Shown here one piece after another: positions 61,314-64,000 of a stretch of 64,000 nt of DNA (the first letter of the stretch is position 1; the number at the start of each line of letters is the position of its first letter). This stretch comes from Cenarchaeum sp. Its GTDB lineage: Archaea > Thermoproteota > Nitrososphaeria > Nitrososphaerales > Nitrosopumilaceae. The stretch lies in the NCBI GenBank assembly GCA_965206845.1, contig OZ242221.1, forward strand, positions 1,184,001 to 1,248,000, given 5' to 3'. The position numbers and the translations under genes are program-made. The notes beneath the pieces are model-generated. The model did not search any database and had not been told where the DNA came from. It saw nothing but the letters and a program-made list of their open reading frames with translations.

Positions 61314-63316
61314 CAGTTAGCTCAGAAGTGACTAGTATCTAGGGTGGGCATTGGCTGGAGAATATGCGGCAGGCCACGCGCCAGAAGCCAAAATGTGAGC
61401 CGTCCTGTGTGATCATGTGCAATTTGGGTGTGCGGGGGCGCAGCATGCCATCGGTGATCCCCGTATGGCGCAAAAGGACGGGCCGGTGCGGAGTGTGGGA
61501 CCGGCTGCAACGCAGTGGGGAGGCAGGTGCAGCCCCGGGATTGGCGGCGCGCGACCTTCCGGCCCATTACTGCGGCAGGCGGCCCCGTAGGGACTACTGC
61601 GGAAGTGGTGGGGCGGCGCTGACGCCGCGGCATGTGGCACCTGTGCAGCAGGGGCAGTGCGGATCGGGCGGCGGCTTTCCGCCGTCCATGCCCCGGGGAA
61701 GGATCTCCATCAGCATGATCACCTTCATGTCGGTCTGCGTGAATCTGGAGTAGGCGCCGCCCAGCGTGAGCGGGTTGCCTGTCAGCTCGGCGTTTGCGAG
61801 AACCCAAGCGTTGAACAGTACAAGCGAGTAGAGAAAGCAGAGCGTCCTGACGGTGACGCTCCTGCTGCGCGTCCTTAGATGTGATTCGTAATTAGCACGC
61901 AGGCATATTAGAGCACGATCTTTGGCATAATCATACGAAAGTTGCATGCTTTGGAGCACACATCTGTAAGATTATGGGCATCGAAGGCCCGATTCTTAAT
62001 TGCGGATCATGTCTCTTACCCTCTCGTTCTCCACCATCCTGAAGCCCGTCTCTATCATCCACCTCTCGGCGTACCTGTCGACGTCGATCTCTGGCCTGTT
62101 TGTGGCAAACGCGATGTACCGCTCCTCGGGCTCTTCTTCGCAGGATTCCGCCTCTTCTTCGCAGGATTCCGCCTCTTCTTGCTCTTTCTCTTGCGCTCCG
62201 TTATGATCATGGCATATTCTGCGTAATCGTTCTTGGACTTTGTTATGCGGAACCCCGATACCGGCGGGCGCTCCCCTTTGGAGAACTCCGTAATGGCATC
62301 GACCACGTTGGGGGTGTTGACGCAGGGAATGAGGTAGCCCACGCCCAGCTCCTCCAGCGTCCTGATGACGTCAGTAGAGAAGAACTCGCGGTCAAGCATG
62401 ACCGTTCCGATCCCGGCACCCGTCCTCCTGCACGCCGTGATTGCCCTGCGCACGTAGTCGGCCGTGTCCTCAAGGGCAGGCATGTGCAGCAGCGCCAGCG
62501 CCAGCTGCACGCCCGGCCTGACGCACTGCGCCACAACGTACCGCTCGAAGGTGCCCGTCCTGCCCTTGCTCTTTGAGCGCACCAGTTCGGCCCCGTGCTT
62601 GCGATCCCAGCGCCGTATCAGGTGCATGTCAATGGCAATGTCCATCCGTTTTCCGCGAAGCAGGCCAAGCGACTGCAGCCTGTCCAGGTGGGAGGATATC
62701 ATTCCTTCAAGCGACCTTGCCAGATCGCCCGGGTCAATCCCCAGGCAGATGTGGGACATCCACTCGCCGCAGGGGGCCTCGCGGTGGCGCTTGGCGAGCA
62801 TGCATGAGGCCGTCTTCCATCTCCGCACGGCTGCGGTATATCCGAAGATCGAGGCGCCGAGCGCGGCGGCCCCCATCATGATTGCATGAAAGGCGGCAGA
62901 TCCGTACCTTGCGTTGGGCTTTTTGGAGAGCGGGACGATCGGATCGAACGCGGCTTCTGCCTCGCTCGTGGCGGACGAGCGGAGCCGCCGGTCGTTTGCG
63001 ATGGAGCGCCGCATGCCTCTCGGCAGGCGCGGCTTGCCTGTCATTTGGCGCTCCTCCAACCTCCGTTCCCAGCGGGGCGCGGGATCGAGTTAGGCTTAAA
63101 TGTCGATTCTGTGAGTCTAAACCGGTGTGTGAGCCCGTTCATGGTTGTGCATTGACGGGTACTCTCACGCCGTTCATTTAACATGCAATGTTGCCTGTTT
63201 TGCAGGCGTTGGCAAATACTTCACAGCACGAGGGCGGTTGCGCATGCGTCTGTGCCGTCAGCAACGATCCGTAGTACGTCTCCACGCAGTCATGCCAGTC
63301 ACTTCTGAGCTAACTA
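61314..63316 (-). mobile_element. ISH3-family IS with frameshifted, MITE-interrupted transposase (63059 to 61594)
   Basis: TIR AGTTAGCTCAGAAGTGACT at both ends; 5-bp TSD CAACC (61309-61313, 63317-63321); AIDMH, LDREFFS, RWMIETGF. Confidence 0.92.
61877..62014 (-). mobile_element. MITE copy 4 (138 bp)
   Basis: Reverse complement of copies 1 and 3; TSD CTT on + strand. Confidence 0.92.
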
Positions 63317-63366
63317 CAACCGGAACAAAGTTTTTATGTAAATACTTGATCCCTGAAACTTAAGCC

Positions 63367-63534
63367 ATGAGCAGCAAGAAGAGAGGAGCCCCTCTACCAG
63401 CATCAAGTGCGGGCCTTTTAAGATTCTTTGAGGACGAGACCAAGGGTTTCAAGATAGATCCTAAGATAGTCGTATCCATTCCAATTAGTCTGATCGTGGC
63501 ATCGTGGTTGATCGAGATTTTTCTGTCCCCGTGA
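63367..63534 (+). CDS. Preprotein translocase subunit Sec61beta (not in ORF track)
   Basis: MSSKKRGAPLPASSAGLLRFFEDETKGFKIDPKIVV + TM. Confidence 0.9.
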   Translation: MSSKKRGAPLPASSAGLLRFFEDETKGFKIDPKIVVSIPISLIVASWLIEIFLSP

Positions 63535-63541
63535 TGTGACA

Positions 63542-64000
63542 ATGCCCAACTCTGATGATGTCTCAAGGATACACGGCAAGTATTCCGTAACGCTTCTTGC
63601 GCCATCCTCCAAGATTCGCTCCTTCATCTACTCGATGATAGCAGCTACCGCATTCGTGGCTGCTGCCGTCTTTGGGTTTGTGCCAGAGGAGAACCTTGCC
63701 GTCCGCCTTGGCATGGTCATGGTGGTTCTAGCTGCAGCCCAGGCGCTGGACTCGAGACTGATCAGGAACAGGGACTACTCCAAGGCCATCCACCTCTCCC
63801 TCTACTCGAACATGCTCTGGCTAATATCGCTGCTGACTGCGCTGGCGGCTGCTGCCATCCTCTCAAGACCCGAGGCGTCCGTTGTGTACATCGGGATTGG
63901 GATGTTTGTGGTGTCAAGCTTTAGGATCGGACTGCTGACAACTGTCCTGGGGGTGGATGTAAAGCGGGCTTGGGGAATCTGCCTGATTCAGCCCCTGGCG
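63542..64000 (+). CDS. Multi-pass membrane protein (probably DUF2070 family), 3'-truncated by window
   Basis: Open hydrophobic frame from ATG 63542 (MPNSDDVSRIHGKYS...) directly after sec61beta. Confidence 0.65.
   Translation, partial: MPNSDDVSRIHGKYSVTLLAPSSKIRSFIYSMIAATAFVAAAVFGFVPEENLAVRLGMVMVVLAAAQALDSRLIRNRDYSKAIHLSLYSNMLWLISLLTALAAAAILSRPEASVVYIGIGMFVVSSFRIGLLTTVLGVDVKRAWGICLIQPLA

Noticed and set aside
1-64000. CRISPR array or cas genes
   Set aside because: No regularly spaced repeat-spacer pattern seen; the tandem repeats found are coding and lack spacers.

Overview
GC-rich archaeal chromosome segment whose gene content (CFI-box-CTERM and PEFG-CTERM surface proteins, TFB, aIF1, Sec61beta, F420 cofCD, intron-containing tRNA-Leu) fits a Nitrosopumilaceae/Cenarchaeum-like thaumarchaeon. 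Housekeeping genes include glmS, rps13-rps4, pgk, sufBD-Rieske-sufS-sufU, hemL-hemC-cobA-hemD, cofDC, tfb and a ZIP/multicopper oxidase unit. Mobile DNA is abundant: an intact IS5-family element, two ISH3-family elements, two IS481-family pseudo-elements and four copies of a 137-138 bp MITE. The most unusual feature is a ~1.9 kb transposase-less element (4041-5926) carrying a catalytically intact TnpB. It is bounded by ~130 bp terminal inverted repeats that look like two outward-facing copies of the omegaRNA scaffold, and it is flanked by a target-site duplication. This suggests a TIR/TSD-type, dual-guide TnpB transposon rather than a canonical IS200/IS605 element. All calls were made by eye from sequence and motif recognition; no searches were run, and several start codons were reassigned from the ORF track.
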